From Spirochaetota bacterium (GTDB lineage: Bacteria; Spirochaetota; UBA4802; JAFGDQ01): a stretch of DNA of 51,307 nt. The notes below the pieces were generated by a model. The model was not told the origin of the DNA, did no database searches, and saw nothing but the letters and a program-made list of their open reading frames with translations. The DNA lies in assembly GCA_043803405.1 (NCBI GenBank), contig JAZDKB010000039.1, forward strand, positions 1-51,307, read 5' to 3'. The first letter of the stretch is position 1. The number at the start of each line of letters is the position of its first letter. Shown piece by piece: positions 50,351 to 51,307 of the stretch. The position numbers and the translations under genes are program-made.

Positions 50351-51196
50351 ATGAGTTCAGAAGGTAAATTCACGCCAAAGATGTTAGGTATAATCTGTAA
50401 CTGGTGCTGTTATGGGGGAGCTGACCTATGCGGAGTTTCGCGCTTTCAATATCCTACTTATATTAGATTGATAAGGGTGATGTGCTCAGGCAGGGTTGAC
50501 CTGAAACACATATTTCTTGCTTTTGCGAACGGAGCGGACGCGATGTTTGTCGGCGGATGCCATATTAATGACTGCCATTATAATCCGGAAGGAAATTATG
50601 ACGCGCTTAGTATGGTAAATCTATGCAGGAAATTGCTGGAACACATTGGAATAAACCCGAAACGCTTAAGACTGGAATGGGTATCGGCAGGTGAGGGTAT
50701 CCGTTTCGCAAATATTATGAATGAATTTGCCAAAGAGATTGAGGGTTTGGGGCCTTTGGGCAAAAGCGAAGGAATAGATGCGAATGAATTAAAATCCAGA
50801 GTTGAGGAAATCACAAAGCTCATCCCGTACTTTAAACTGGTAAAAATGAAGGAACTGGCGCTGCATAATCAGGATCAGGAATCGTATACTAAACTTTACA
50901 CAACTGAAGAAGTGGAAAAACTAATCCGCGAAGTACCTGCTTACTATATCGAACCGGAGAAATGCCAGGCATGTATGACCTGTGCCAGAAGATGCCCAGC
51001 AGACGCGATAATAAGCGCAAAGCAGGAAGTGCATATAATAGATCAGGAAAAATGCATAAAATGCGGGACATGCATAGAAGCCTGTCCGCCGAAATTCAAG
51101 GCAATTACAAAGATAGTTGGTGCACCTGTTCCGCCATCACTTCCTGAAGGAAAAAGAGCCGTAATCAGAAAGAGTAAAGAAAAAGAGGTTGCATAA
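50351..51196 (+). CDS. mvhD: MvhD/FlxD (2Fe-2S) subunit fused to a C-terminal 2x[4Fe-4S] ferredoxin
   Basis: CNWCCYGGAD, RVMCSGRVD, GCHINDCHY, WVSAGEG; CQACMTC...CP, CIKCGTC...CP. Confidence 0.9.
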   Translation: MSSEGKFTPKMLGIICNWCCYGGADLCGVSRFQYPTYIRLIRVMCSGRVDLKHIFLAFANGADAMFVGGCHINDCHYNPEGNYDALSMVNLCRKLLEHIGINPKRLRLEWVSAGEGIRFANIMNEFAKEIEGLGPLGKSEGIDANELKSRVEEITKLIPYFKLVKMKELALHNQDQESYTKLYTTEEVEKLIREVPAYYIEPEKCQACMTCARRCPADAIISAKQEVHIIDQEKCIKCGTCIEACPPKFKAITKIVGAPVPPSLPEGKRAVIRKSKEKEVA

Positions 51197-51199
51197 CCT

Positions 51200-51307
51200 A
51201 TGACAGAAGCAGTGATAAATTTAAATGATAAGAGTTATAATTTTAGTAATGCCATGGTAGCAGTTGGGGGAGTTGATGTTTGTTATTGCTACCAGTGCGG
51301 TAAATGC
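51200..51307 (+). CDS. 5' part of an HdrC/HdrD-like Fe-S protein (truncated by window end)
   Basis: MTEAVINLNDKSYNFSNAMVAVGGVDVCYCYQCGKC; CYQCGKC motif; GAGG SD upstream. Confidence 0.7.
   Translation, partial: MTEAVINLNDKSYNFSNAMVAVGGVDVCYCYQCGKC

Noticed and set aside
584..51147. Many short overlapping ORFs in the six-frame track
   Set aside because: They overlap well-supported genes in another frame or strand and have no recognisable motifs

Overview
Low-GC chromosomal window from an anaerobic Gram-negative bacterium. The gene mix suggests a spirochaete, but that is inference. Contents: tRNA-Gln, XPB helicase, a sigma54 activator, a cyclic-nucleotide cluster (class III cyclase, two cNMP-GGDEF proteins, GAF-HD-GYP), MoxR/VWA, an orphan DNA methyltransferase, an ATP-grasp/FMN-dehydrogenase fusion, six toxin-antitoxin loci (three with inactivated toxins), large Ig/FN3 surface proteins, nifUS, an ECF sigma module, ald, and a rhodanese / formate dehydrogenase / HdrA-MvhD-Hdr redox locus. 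The main finding is a ~180-nt leader present three times (42445, 43728, 46853), upstream of the rhodanese, fdhA and hdrA. Each copy holds a short uORF with an in-frame UGA at codon 14-15, a SECIS-like hairpin just downstream, exactly 20 more sense codons, and mutually exclusive helices that free or sequester the downstream Shine-Dalgarno. The downstream enzymes are Cys-type members of families with known selenocysteine forms. The proposed model (inference, untested) is a selenocysteine-codon leader-peptide attenuator that switches on Se-free isoenzymes when selenium is scarce.
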